DNA of 64,000 nt from positions 39,372,001-39,436,000 of the forward strand of contig CM119372.1 of the NCBI GenBank assembly GCA_051294905.1, given 5' to 3'. The notes beneath the pieces were generated by a model, which ran no database searches, was not told where the DNA came from, and saw nothing but the letters and a program-made list of their open reading frames with translations. Both the position numbers and the translations under genes were made by a program. Numbering within the stretch: the first letter of the stretch is position 1; every line of letters begins with the position of its first letter. The stretch is from Botryllus schlosseri (lineage: Eukaryota). Of this stretch, positions 12,501-24,800 are shown one piece after another.

Positions 12501-15500
12501 GCGTGGTTTACAAACAACCATGGATGACGGCTTGTTTGAAACCAAGCAACAGTGGCTACGCACTGAAGCATCATATTTCTCTCTCTGACACCATCCTGAG
12601 GGTCAGCCTTGAAAATTGAGAGAGAGAGAGAGATTTTTTTGGAGAAAAAGTTTGTTTATTTAAACTTTATAAAAAAAACCTACACATGTAATGGGGTGTC
12701 GATCAAGGGTGGAATCGGTAAAGGGCTATACTCCACAAACTTTTGAACTGGAACGGCCCAGAATCAAGTCATGGTGGGGTCACGGTAAGAATTAGAAAAG
12801 TGAAGGTTAATTCTGCAAAATATGGCCCCACCTCGTAAGGGTTCAAATCAATCAATGTTCATGGGGAATGTTGAGATTACTGGAAAATGTCGGGAGAGTA
12901 GAACCTAGAACTAGAACTTAGACTGTATTGTGCGTTCTGAAGTTGACCAAACGCATAATCAGCATATATATCTATGAGCCGATCGCTGCTTTCATATTCA
13001 AATTTCCATCCTTTGAGAATTTCGTCCCTAATTTTGACGAATTGATTAAAGATGGCCACTGGCCAGCTTATAAAATCTCGTTAATGTTTCTGACGCACGT
13101 GGGTTCATCAACAACTCAATGTTTAAATTGTAGATGTGTTGTCACCAATCCCTACGTGTCTTTGGTTACTACATGGCTACTATATATTCAAATAAAAGCT
13201 TATCTCTTAGCTTATAATTCCGATTGTACTATAATGCGGCCCATGAAGGGATTCAGATGTTGAATGCGGCCCGCCAGGTAAAAAGTTTGCCCTCCCCTGG
13301 TCTACTTGATCAACCCACAGCATTGTTAAAATGTAGGCTATTACAATAAACAAACTATCAAATTGTCTTTAATGTGGCGAACGTCTGGTCGTATTTTCTC
13401 TGTGCTCGCATGATTAGTACATATTCGAACTCTTCACATATCCAATTTACGACTCAAGTCGAAACCTAATTCTCGATTCGAAATCGATCCCCTATGGTAG
13501 TCGATATTGCCCAACCCTAATTGCAGTCATTTATGCATAAAATATTGAAACAATAACTGTATGCCAGTAAAAAGTTTTCTGTATCCCGCACGTTTACGAA
13601 TTGTCTCATCATACCCTTTCAACGCAGTGATGCCAAACTTTCGTATGCACTTATAGGTATCGCTGTACGGCCGGTATATAATCCCGTACTGCGCCCCGTT
13701 GTCAAGCATCAATTGCGATACCTCGCGACCGGAAAATGACGAAGATCTTTTAACGAATGCCTGAAAATGCAAGAAACGAATTAGCACACGAATTTCTCAT
13801 CGATTCTAGCCCGGCTGCGTCAATTCTTGCGAACTTTTAATGGGCAACTCGTTCCTGTCGCGGTAGTGAGAACGTTTTGGAGTCCATGTCTCGGTTTAAG
13901 CGAATTGATATCATCATATTTGCAGACGGAAATTCATCGGTTCTTGTTTAACATATATCATCACTCATTCATCAGGTATTTTCGTCTCTTTTCTTTACCT
14001 ACATTGTATTGCAACACTTTGGTGTTATGAAGGGTTACCGGCAATGTTCCCTCTAATTTTTGATGAGTCTGCGCACACTCACCAACTCACTGCGCAGACC
14101 CTTGGACAACAGTGCGTAACGACTAGAAAAAGGTCATCACTTCGGATTATTTTGTGCCCAACGTATTTTTTCTGTACGCAGAGACCGTGTCAGCACTGCG
14201 CATATGCGCACGTGCGCAGCTTAGAGGGAACATAGGTTACCGGTGAATTCAGCACTAGGCGGCCTTAAATTCCAACTCCTAAGCTATCTCACGTTAACCC
14301 TAACCTCGCAAAATATCAATCCTTCAAAGAGCTTAAGAACCTCAATATAGAATTGAATAGTATATTCATATTGAAATGAACCCGAATATTTTCGGCTGAC
14401 ACTCATCAGGGGTAATCGTCAGCAACTAGTAGATAATTAGAAATAACATTGTATATCAACAATCGTATCACAAAATATGACGTCACCGTCATGAAATTTC
14501 GAATAATCCGGGCGAAGAGGGCACTTGAGTTCAATGTAATATTTTTAGCTGTTCACCAACCCCTTCTGTTGGCACAGACTTGGTTTGCGTATTTTCATAA
14601 AATCCGAGTCTTAAGGCACCCAAATGAAAGTGTAAACGGCCTCTCCGGACATCACGAAATCTGTCGTGTCGATAATTTTTCGCACAAACAGAATTATCCA
14701 GCAAGTGATTGCCAATGGCAGGATTTATGGCCTTGGCCTGTTCTGAGTCACGCTTCAGGGCATAAGTCAAGAGTGAGCCTTTCTCCAAGCGTGATACGCG
14801 TATCCCATTTTAATAAATCTAGGGGCATGCTGTTTTCTGCGCTCCCACGTAGCTATAATCACAGGGTCTCCTATTTTCATAAACAGAATACTTTAATGCA
14901 TAGATACCAAGTGTTGAATTGACCAAGTGCCATAAATCACAAATCACGCTTATGTGTGATGGAGCATACATTTCGAAATTCATTAATTCAATATTGATGC
15001 ATCACCTTTATGATTATAGTATTTATTGCATTTTAAACGGCAAATTCAGCAATAGTAGAATTCACAGGTCTTCTTTTAAACGGAACAAACCTAAAATGTT
15101 AGTTTTGGAATTGCATCCTGACACATACCGCTCGATCTTTAGTTAAATGTTGACACCAACGCATTGCTTGTACATTCCATGATTTTATAATAAATATTTA
15201 AAGAGTTAGCCACCGTAAATACTGTTTCATTCAAATCCAAATTTTTCTACTCAATACCTTCGCTTCAAGTGGTTGGAATTATTATTACTATAATATTCAA
15301 AAACAATTTCAGGGACGCATATAACAACTATGGTCTGTTGCGTCACGACTCAATAACAGTTGCTAATCGAATCGATATTGCGATAAGTAAATAAAGTCAA
15401 CTAAACATTTAGTACTGTCTCTTTGTCTTCGCTATGAATTCCCACAGCAAAGGTAATATATAATCGGTAGCTGATATATTTTCCATGGTGAAGGGTACTC

Positions 15501-16310
15501 TTAAGTCCATTTGGTGAGCATCATCTCTACTGACAGCCTAACAATTTCATGGGGTCCATAAAAAATGTTACAAATTTTTTATTTTGCAAAGATAGATTCA
15601 AAACTCTCTATGTAGGAAAATCGCTTCAACTGGTTGGAAGTGAGCCAAAATTAGTGTGCAGCGTTGTTTTCACCAACTTGACAATTTTTTCACATAGCCA
15701 GTGAAATCTGATGAAAAAGTGTTTTTTTTTTCAACAGCCCTAGTCTACAATGTTCCAGGTCTCTATCTAGCGAATTGTGGTTTTGTTGCATGGGTATGTA
15801 AACGTTTTTTGAAGTTCCATATCTCTGGGAATCTGGAATGTAGGTAATTTACGCAGAGGCGACAGTTCGCTTAGTCACACTCGAATGACCTGAATTGACT
15901 TCGTGACTCAGTGCCGAACAAATTGCTTCTCTTCGATAATAATACATTGTGTCAATCAGCTGATTTATCGAATATAAAGTAATGCAGAGAATAGACGGGA
16001 TAGGTTCAATATCCGCAACCAATTTTCACCACACCTCGTGTATATCTTCATACTTAGTGAGCACGACGTGACTCTTCCTTCCCAGTCGCAAAGCAAATAT
16101 TTTCCCGTATTTTTTTGACAACGCAATCAGAGTGTCCGGTGGTGAAGTTCCCAAAAAAGGTAAATATCCAACGATTGGAATCCCGCTAGGACCGCTTGGA
16201 AAATTTTTCTTGCGATCGCGACGCCACAGCATAAACAGTAACACAACGGCGAAGAGCAAAAATGATTTTACCGCCCCTAAACCGCCGTCCGCTATTGAGT
16301 CTATCGACAT
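3401..16310 (-). CDS. Cytochrome P450, CYP2 clan; spliced gene, 7 coding exons in window, 3' part (ExxR, PERF, heme loop) lies left of the window
   Basis: Exons 16310-16035, 13760-13615, 10697-10595, 9077-8968, 5876-5755, 5695-5577, 3545-3401 join in frame with GT-AG introns (phases 0,2,0,2,1,0,1). Product shows N-terminal TM anchor, PSGPSGIPIVGYLP hinge, FGVGKRSME, and I-helix AGTETT. Confidence 0.93.
4678..5517. mobile_element. hAT (Charlie-like) MITE
   Basis: TIR caggggtgtcaaac / gtttgacacccctg; 8-bp TSD atatagac. Confidence 0.92.
5577..5695 (-). CDS. CYP exon 6 (MFLTSIRHHEMTFDKSDLRDVLDAYL...)
   Basis: HxxTxDxxxxRDxxDAYL motif; 59-bp intron upstream. Confidence 0.9.
5755..5876 (-). CDS. 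CYP exon 5 (FNGQSTAKRLFLIDMFPVLKHLP...)
   Basis: Hand translation; FPxLxxLP F-G loop motif; taag acceptor, gtaag donor; phases fit neighbours. Confidence 0.82.
6501..8678. mobile_element. hAT MITE (TAGGGATG family, about 870 bp without its nested insert)
   Basis: TIR tagggatg / catcccta; 8-bp TSD gttacgac. Confidence 0.9.
6840..8136. mobile_element. hAT MITE (CAGAGGTGGTC family, TACTT/AAGTA subterminal repeats), nested
   Basis: TIR cagaggtggtca / tgaccacctctg; 8-bp TSD gaaataca. Confidence 0.92.
8968..9077 (-). CDS. CYP exon 4 (EHLNNSVANVIMSVVCGKRCDLEDKHF...)
   Basis: Not in ORF track; translated by hand. Matches E-helix consensus AVxNxIxSxxFGxRxDxxD; ttgtag acceptor, gtaaag donor. Confidence 0.88.
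10595..10697 (-). CDS. CYP exon 3 (FGVGKRSMEDKVNEE...GRPFDIH)
   Basis: CYP2-typical FGxGKRSxE motif; tctag acceptor, gtaaa donor. Confidence 0.92.
13615..13760 (-). CDS. CYP exon 2 (AFVKRSSSFSGR...RKFGITALKG)
   Basis: ttttcag acceptor, gtatg donor; FSGR and C-helix region. Confidence 0.9.
14042..14235. mobile_element. Short hAT MITE (second copy at 42032-42203)
   Basis: TIR caatgttccctctaa / ttagagggaacatag; TSD gttaccgg. Confidence 0.88.
14345..14800 (-). mobile_element. Penelope-like retroelement 3' remnant (C-terminus of GIY-YIG endonuclease region plus pLTR)
   Basis: ORF 14531..14788 contains AIGNHLLDNSVCAKNY...FHL, typical of the Penelope endonuclease C-terminus; hammerhead motif follows downstream. 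Confidence 0.75.
14381..14412 (-). ncRNA. Minimal type I hammerhead ribozyme motif (Penelope-associated)
   Basis: Minus strand CCC-CUGAUGA-GUGUCAGCC-GAAA-AUAU-UC-GGG: intact core, CCC/GGG stem I, palindromic AAUAUU stem III. Confidence 0.72.
16035..16310 (-). CDS. CYP exon 1 (MSIDS...YEDIHE): membrane anchor and proline-rich hinge
   Basis: Within ORF 16026..16337; first ATG at 16310; GT donor at 16034-16033. Confidence 0.9.
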
Positions 16311-18332
16311 GATTATACCTGAAAATAATAGCTCCAAGATAAATAGGATATATACGGATAGCTTTTGAGGTACGTAACTGCAATATCGAATTGAATCATA
16401 TATCCCTATCGCAATATATCCGAAAATGGATTAGCAACGAAATTACAAGTACCAAATTGAAATCTAGCAATATAATTAACCAATGTCTTGACACACAATA
16501 CATGGTGGATAACCCTAACCCTATCCCTTCTAGTGCATCACATCCTATAGTAGCCTACATATACTCACACCGGGAAATAGCTATAAATCAGCACTGCTAC
16601 ATCACATGACGTGTATTTATATATTACTTCACGAGTGTATTCACACGTATCTCTGGTATACATCTGATTCTGATACGACTCATGAAACATGCTACGCTAT
16701 TGAATGAAGTAGCTAATCCGATCAATACACTTCTAACAGGACATACAATTATGTACAGTTGTATGCAATAGTGCAATTTAAATTAGTCAAAGCTGTCAGC
16801 TTAAGAAATAACACAAGTTGGCTGTATCTGATTACTATTGAGTTCCCTACATTATTAGTTGAAATCTTACAAAATATTCATTTTCACTAATTTCACGCCA
16901 TCACCTTACTGGGAATACCAGTTAAGTACTCGACAGGCCTGATATTCTGCTAAGAACACATATTCGTCATTTCACTCTGCCGCGTGATGTGACTTATCTT
17001 ATGCCAATGTTTTGGTAAACGCCTAGTCGCGGCAGCAATATAGGTCTGCTTTCAGTAAATCTGCTTTAAGGCCTCAACGAATGACTCATGGATATGACAC
17101 GCAAAATCGATGATATTATTGACATATTCCCAACGATTCTACTACACAGTTATACAATATGATACGCGATATGCTCCGCACTAACAATGGTATATTTCTG
17201 TGATATATATATATTCACTCGCATAAATATAATTCGTTTAGCTGTATCGGAATCCTACTCATCAATTGTTGTAACTTATATCCAATCCAAAACAGCGCAA
17301 TGTCGGCTTGAAACTGCACCATCAGAACCCGAATGATGGAATCTACACAATGTCGATCATCCACAAGCAGTCTACACTGTTCGATACGCAAATGTGCCGC
17401 ATAGTCGCGGCAGGATCGTGATAGTTTTCTCCCGCGCGTGATTGAAAGTCGCTGTTCGTGACGTCACTTGGTAAGGCTGCCAACATGTTGCATAGTAACT
17501 TCTCTTTCAATTGTTAGTCTAACCGGATTTGGTGTAATACAATGCAAGGGAATATCACTGTACTGTCAATGTCAAGAAAAAGTGAGCTGGAGGACTAAGC
17601 GTAACATTCACTTTTTCTAAACCAGAGGATCGTGAATTTCATAAAATCCATAATTTACATTCACTATTCGGGTGAATTGAGTCAGTTGCTAGCCGTGGAT
17701 TTGCTCGTGATACCTAATGAATTACAGATTGGGCCATAGGGGATTTCTATCGTCATTTAAGCTTCCAATCCTCGTTACTTCGATTCCAAATGAGCCCATC
17801 GTGTCAAGTAGCTAATCATAAATCATGTAAACAAAACTGAGTTACTGCCTAGATATAAGATATTGCATAACGCCCTTCACAAATTTATGCGTATATATTC
17901 ACAGTGGGCTTTGTTCGTGTTTTTATCCTTCATACTTGTGCTAGCGGTATGAGCCACAATGAAGTTGATGCTAAAGCAGGCATGACTGAACTAAATAACT
18001 GCTATCACACGATTTTAAGACAACAGACATCACGGCGTCAAAACCGGAAATTCAGTGTCACGTCACTTTATCCTGGTTAATCTTGTATCGGTTTACTGCA
18101 GTCACCATGATATTTGTGGCGAAGTATATAAATCCTCAAATGCCGTTGATATACTGGCACCATAGCTGTCCGAAATGACCAGCACCCGTAGCTTGAGCCT
18201 TGTATCAAATGAGACCCGCCTAGGAAAATAATGAGACCCTGCGTCGGAATGGAATTAGAAATCGTGCTGATCTCACGAAAGGACATATTGGACCTTTATC
18301 GCGACCTTTGGAGCTTAGTAGACAATCTAGTG

Positions 18333-18864
18333 CAGGGGTGTCAAACTCAATTTGCGACGCGGGCCGGATTCAGACCTTCAACTGGCTTGCTGGCCGAGCC
18401 AGTCATAATATTCCAAAATGCTACCTCAAAATTCATCCCTGTGTTGTCCACTTGATTACTCAATTATTCACCCTATGTTCTCCATGTCGTCTGCATATAC
18501 CGGTTTCGAGCTGGGGTTTTCACTTCTGTGAATAACCTGGTTTAGGTCTATTTTTCAGCATAACTCTGAGTTCAGTGTGCACTTTTTAGTTCTCGGAATT
18601 AGGAGTCAATAGCAGGGACTTGTTGCTGATGGTCATTGCAGTGACCGTAACACCACTGATGGATGGTTATAATATGGCCTATAAACATACTCAGCATTGT
18701 CTGTCTTGAGGGATTATTTAATGAAAGTATTTCGCACTAAAATTCTCAACATTCATCAGAAATGTGCTGGATAATACAGCCCTTTCTCAGAAACGCTTGG
18801 CGGGCCGGATGAAATCGTCTGGCGGGCCGCATGCGGCCCGCGGGACGTATGTTTGACACCACTG
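18333..18864. mobile_element. hAT (Charlie-like) MITE
   Basis: TIR caggggtgtcaaac / gtttgacaccactg; TSD atctagtg. Confidence 0.9.
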
Positions 18865-19699
18865 ATCTAGTGCCAGACCAACCCTAATGTGACACCAAAC
18901 CGACTTGAATGACACACGGATACAGGGGAGGGCACATGTTTCAACATTAGGCCATATCTTCGTAACAACATTGATTGGCCTATCACTGATTGTATATGGT
19001 ACCGAAAACAGTTGGCTTGAAACGACCAAAGCAACCACAGAAGATCGATCATTGCGCGATTAAAAATAAATTGTGCAAATATTCCGTACATTTCGGCGAT
19101 ACGTCTAGTACGGTAGCAACCAATAACCTTAAAATCACTGGCGTAACGGTTGCCGTTGTCACCTGCAGATAAGCGTTTGGTGGGGTTTCTTGCTTGAAAC
19201 GCTAAATATAACAACATTAAAAATGTTTGGCGCGCCAGTTGATAATAATTTCACATTTTTTGACATTTTAACACGCTGCATACAAAAGGTTGCCGGCCCC
19301 TGTGCTACATATATAGTGATGAAGATTGCTACCTTAGGCTAATCAGTTAGTCGCTTGTATGAAGCAGGGCTTTTGAGCCGGAGCCAGGAGTCGGAGCCCC
19401 GGAGCCGAAGCCGGAGCCGGAGCTGGAGGCCGTTATTTGAGGAGTAGCTCCGGCTCCGACGTATTTCATAAGATGCTATTATATATGCAACAATCATATC
19501 TGCTGATTTCACATAATTTAACAGCAGGCCTGAATTTCAATGCTGTAAACAGCAATGGCATGGAGTAAAGTGCGTTCCAGTGCAACTATGATGTTATCGA
19601 CAATTGACAAGTATTCATTATGACGTCACAAACCAGCACGGAGGCACCTATGCCTTCGTTGCTGCATCCGATGTTACTGACGACTGACAGACTCTAGAT

Positions 19700-21056
19700 C
19701 AGCGGTTCTCAACCGGGGGTTCGCGGACCCCTAGGGGTCCGCGAAGCAATTTCAGGGGGTCCGCGAGACCGCTAAATTTTTTAAATGGTTGATAACCTAA
19801 TTTTTATTTCATTTTTTAATTTGAGAAAGCACGAGGCAGTTTCGCACCACAACTGCTAAAACCTCATGACTCATATCATCATAATAGTCGTCTGACATGG
19901 ACTATCGTAGTGTGAAAATTCATTTTCATTGACAAATATCCAATAACCTGCTGATACAAACATATTGCTGTTTAGAGACGTTTTGTTGGGGTTTGTGAAA
20001 AGAATAAAAATATGAAGATAGTAACGTCAATCAGGGTGACTTCGTAATGTCTGCGAAACCTTCTCGATTTGAAGTTGTCAGTCTCATCAAATTAGTGAAC
20101 AGTCGTTCGAAATAAAAATTTCCGAAGTATTTCCATAATTTGTCCCAATGCAATGCTTCTTGGAGGTACATAACTTTAATATACAATTGAATATTCATAT
20201 TGAAACGAACCCGAATATTTTCGGCTGACACTCGTCTTAAATCGGACAATGATATACCTGCTCTTAAAGCTCGGCTATCAGATTTTGCGCATTCTTATTG
20301 CGGATGCCCTATCGACAAGGCTGATTTTTTATGAAAAAGTAGTGTTTCATTGCTATCAAAGCATTACGCTCCAACCCTGAAATTCATATCACCAGTTATA
20401 TTGGTATGCAGCCTTATTGTCTTGTTAATGTTCAATTATTCATGGTCGAAAATGTTTGCTCGTAAATATATATGTAAATCCGAACAGAACAAGTCATTTC
20501 ATGACAGTCTTTCTCTGGTTGCAAAACTTGGATCGCGGGCCGATCAAAATGCCGTCGTGGGCAGAATCCGGCCAGCGGTCCGTATGTTGCCCGTCCCAGC
20601 GCTAGATACTTGACGTGGTATGTTCATAAAATATGAGTTTCTTCATTTTGGGGCCATAAATGTTGCGATCACACCAAAAGTATCGTCGGAAGCATTATGC
20701 GTTAATATTGCATTAGCCTCTATCTATCTTTGCGGAAATGGTTTTCGGCACTCGTCGTTCATATTAAAACGAAGACGCGGATTTTCAAGACACGACCACG
20801 TATACTTAAGAAATACAGCAGCAAAATTAGCGTTGAAATAATAAAAGTCAACCAATTTATACATAAATAGTATGATGTTATCTTCAATAAAAATCATTAT
20901 TTTGCTGTTTATCACTAGCCTACAGTTCATATTTGCACAAGACAGATGAAGGTTGCACCATAATAGAGCTAAAATTGAACTAAAACATGAGGGGGTCCGC
21001 GAGGGTCCGTGACGGTCAAAAGGGGTCCGCAAAGCCAGAAAGGTTGAAAACCACTG
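19700..21056. mobile_element. hAT (Charlie-like) non-autonomous element, nested
   Basis: TIR cagcggttctcaacc / ggttgaaaaccactg; TSD ctctagat. Confidence 0.9.
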
Positions 21057-21104
21057 CTCTAGATTACTATTGATAACTAACCTAAATTAGTAATCTATAT
21101 AGAC

Positions 21105-21817
21105 CAGGGATGGCCAACCTTTTCGGCTGAAGGGGCACATGCAATTGACCAACGAGTGCGCGGTCCACTAGCGGTGCCAAGCACGTAAAATTTTCAAAGT
21201 TTATAAATGAACTAGGTCAATAATATTATTACTTGAGTATATTGCGGGTCTACTGTATACCGCCCGCTGTGCTCAGTTTGCAAGGACACGACTATTCGGC
21301 ATCTGGACATATCGATATCGAAGGTTTCCGCTAATATGCGACAATCATTTTGTGCGTACATTTCATCGTCGACGATATTTCTGCGAGCGCAAACGCGAAA
21401 AGACTTTCTCCCGTAATTGCGAATACAGTTAGACTCAATCGGGTAAATTATGCGTCTTTTTCATTTTCAGCAGGGGATAGGCTACCAAGCAAGAAATCGT
21501 GTGACAATTAAACACGCGAAGCGTGAAGAAAACTTTCACTAATTTTTTAGTTTATTGCGATGTACGACGATTTACTGAACATGTGACTGGACCCTGGATC
21601 TGCCAATGCGTCGGAACTGATATTTTAGTCATTAACATCCCAAGTGTCGCACCCAGACTTGTAATTTTTGGTTGGCCTTGCAAGTTCACAATATGAGCAG
21701 TTCATTTTCGATAATAGAACGGGATTTCGATAATATAACAGGAAATTACCTCGAGGGTCCCTCAAAACCCTCTCGCGGGTCACATTTGACCCGCGGGTTA
21801 CGGGTTGGCCACCCCTG
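21105..21817. mobile_element. hAT (Charlie-like) MITE, nested
   Basis: TIR cagggatggccaacc / ggttggccacccctg; TSD atatagac. Confidence 0.9.
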
Positions 21818-24800
21818 ATATAGACAGACTCATTCGATAGTTTTCAGAGCCGGAGCTGGAGCCGGAGCAGTGGTAACAATGCGGCTCCGGAGCTAATGTA
21901 TGATAGAAGAAAGCTCCGGAGCCGGAGCTGGAGCAGTTAAAATTTACGGCTGCTCCAAAGCCCTGGTATGAAGGGTACTTCATTAATTCGTTCGGACTCC
22001 AACCCATCGATCCGTACTATGTAATCGAAATTTTGCATTGTTCTGAACGGGGTCTGCGTTATGTTTTTGAGGGACCGGAGGGACCGCAGCCAACCTCCCC
22101 TTGTAGGGATAGGAATGGTTTCCCACTTGTGATTTTTTCACGCAAGTATTCCGTCAACCCAGGCAATAAGGTAGGGGTCGGAAACCTTTTTCGTCCGCAG
22201 TGCTATACATGTTTGTCCACTGTTACGTCACAATTGAACATTTGGGACGTCGTCTTGACACTGATTAGAAATCACTTTACATGGGATTCGTAGTGTGCGT
22301 CCATTTTCTCTGTAAAATCATGTACTAGTCATTCTGGTTGCCTTATTTGAGTATGCGAAACTTTAGTTGCATAGATCTTTTGCAAGTTACGTATTTTTAA
22401 TTGTATTACAGTGAAAGCAATTTTTCGAACTTAAGACCAGGACTTTGAAGCCAGAGCTGGAGCAATGAGCCGGAGCCATGTATTTTCAACGGAGCCACAG
22501 CTCAAGATAAAAGTCTGACGGAGCCGGAGCCGGAGCTACAGCCAGTTGTTTGGAAAGTAGCTCCGGCTCCGCCGCATTTTATAAGATGCTATGCTAATAC
22601 TTTGAGCTGAATTCACAAAATTTTACGGTAATCGCTCAAAAAATTAAGAATTGTTTCATCGTTGGCGCCACGTTCTTTAAACTAAGCATGTTCAATGTTC
22701 ATGTTCAAATTGTTCATATAGAGCGCGCTAAACCTGGGTATGCGAGATATGCCGTGCATAACTATATTCTGGGATGGGGTTTTTCGTCATACCCGCAATT
22801 TCGTAATCAGCACAACACTGATGGCCAATAGAGCGTTCCGAAAAATATTGATCACTATGTATTTCACAAAATGGGACTGGTGCTTGTGTGAACTAGGCAA
22901 ATTAACTAATGAGTAATTGGCCACTGTGGTGCACGAGAGCTTCTTAGGTGTGAGCAATGTCGTACCTCAGATTGGCGAGTTTCTGCATAAAAAAACAGTT
23001 GCAATTATCTCATTAAATTGTGCTTTATTGATATCCGTTGGTTTACGGTATAGTAGGCCTACTAACAGGAATTACCAAAAAACACCGGTACATTCAAGTA
23101 GAATAAGCAATTCAGGGGGTACGACCTGTAGTGAAAAACAAGTTAGTGGTAGGGATGGTGTGAAGGCGGGTTCACGTTCGCGATCTGTGTGTGAACCTCA
23201 GAAATTTAGAGGTTCACGTTCACAAACAAACCTCTCCATATATTACAATTTTCACTTCATTATAACATCTTTGGTTGAAATTTATTACATTGCAACTGCG
23301 GGCCACTCTATACATGGCGCTGGCAGCATTAAAAAAATCAACACTAAACGAGCATGCACCTTGACAATCTCAAAAATTTTACTTGATATATTACAAAAGT
23401 TTGCTCGAAATATCCAGCTTTCCGTTTCGGAACATTTATCGACTCTCTGCTGTGAGCTTCACACGCAATCACACAACATCAAAAGCGAAATACACTCCAT
23501 ATAGTCAGCGAATGATAATCATGCAACAAATCAATGAAATTGGTAACGTTGTCTGATGTAAAAAATCTAGCAGGCATACGGGGTCAATCTTGACTTCATA
23601 TATTTATTAAAAACCCAATCCGTGCGATCGGGGTTTTGGCTATACTGCTGTATACCTTCTAATGGGGTATTATCGGTACCAAGTATATAGAAACCTGTTT
23701 TACACTCTGCTCAATATCAACCTAGCAATAGTCACGCCGAACACATTGTCCAGTCTGGCCTAGACCGTTAAGGCCAATGATATATTTAAAACCAAAAATC
23801 CTTCCTTCTGAAATGTCAATTCACAATTCGTATTATCGATGCTGCGTACTGCTAATTGGCGAGAATCCAGCAATGAAGTTTATTGGAACATAGAAGGTTC
23901 CCGCTCAAACTAATCGAATAAATTCAGAATTTGCGTCACAGAGAATCTCTTGTTGCATCAATATTTGAGAACATAATTCAGCCATGCCCTGCACAATCCG
24001 CAGTAACAAATAACGAATCAAACACTGACAAGTGACATCGGGGGAATACGAATGTATAAAGTAGACACGAATGAGTAGCCTACAGATGATAGCAAACGAA
24101 AAAGCGCGCATCTAATCAGTAATTCCTCAACTTGCGTACAGCACAATGAGGATCCGAGTCAGACATCGCGACAATTGTTTGCTCATTATAACGACGTTTG
24201 AGCTGCATTTCCCGATAAAATTAGGAAAGCCCTATTGGAGTAATGAATATTGAATATGCGCACTTTGCACAGAAATGACTTTCTAATCGTAGGCATACAC
24301 AAACACACTTTCCTATTTCGTGCTCCAAATAAAAAGGCTATCACGGACCAAGAATTATTTTGTAAACGAATATGCGCGCAAATACAACTTGATTGAGAGA
24401 AGTAGAACGTTAATTCGATCGTCTGGTCGAGAGAGGAGATGGTGTTTCTCAGCGCAAGCGTCTCGAAATCGACGCCGTCTACGAGGTCGCTTCGATTGTA
24501 TGATTATTGAGTAGTAATCACTAGGCCCATTTACATGACGGCTTAAGTCAGCTTCGAAGCTGACTCGTCGATCCGACTCTCTCGTATTCGATGAAAAGAG
24601 AAAGGCAAACTGCTTCAAGTCGACTCGAGCCTCAAGCTGTTGTGTGATGTGGTTTACGATCGGCTTGAGTATTTGGTCATCGGCGTCCGGCGATTTTCGT
24701 TCGACGGCGCTGTTTTTTGCCGCGCGGGCTCTTGGCATCGTAATTCATGTTTTTCATCTGATGTTGAGAAATTGGGCAAACATGGCAAGGCAAAGTGGGG

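Larger units (their letters stand above)
19365..21965. mobile_element. hAT MITE with (GGAGCC)n subterminal repeats, carrying two nested hAT MITEs
   Basis: TIR cagggctt / aagccctg; TSD gtatgaag. Confidence 0.88.

Noticed and set aside
22917..23504. 195-aa ORF (and the 195-aa ORF at 26236..26823)
   Set aside because: The first runs across a MITE boundary; neither has a recognisable domain or an ATG start.
23760..24738. ORF 24355..24738 (MPRARAAK...) and downstream sequence as a decayed non-LTR ORF1/endonuclease
   Set aside because: Plausible, but no motif is clear enough to support a call.
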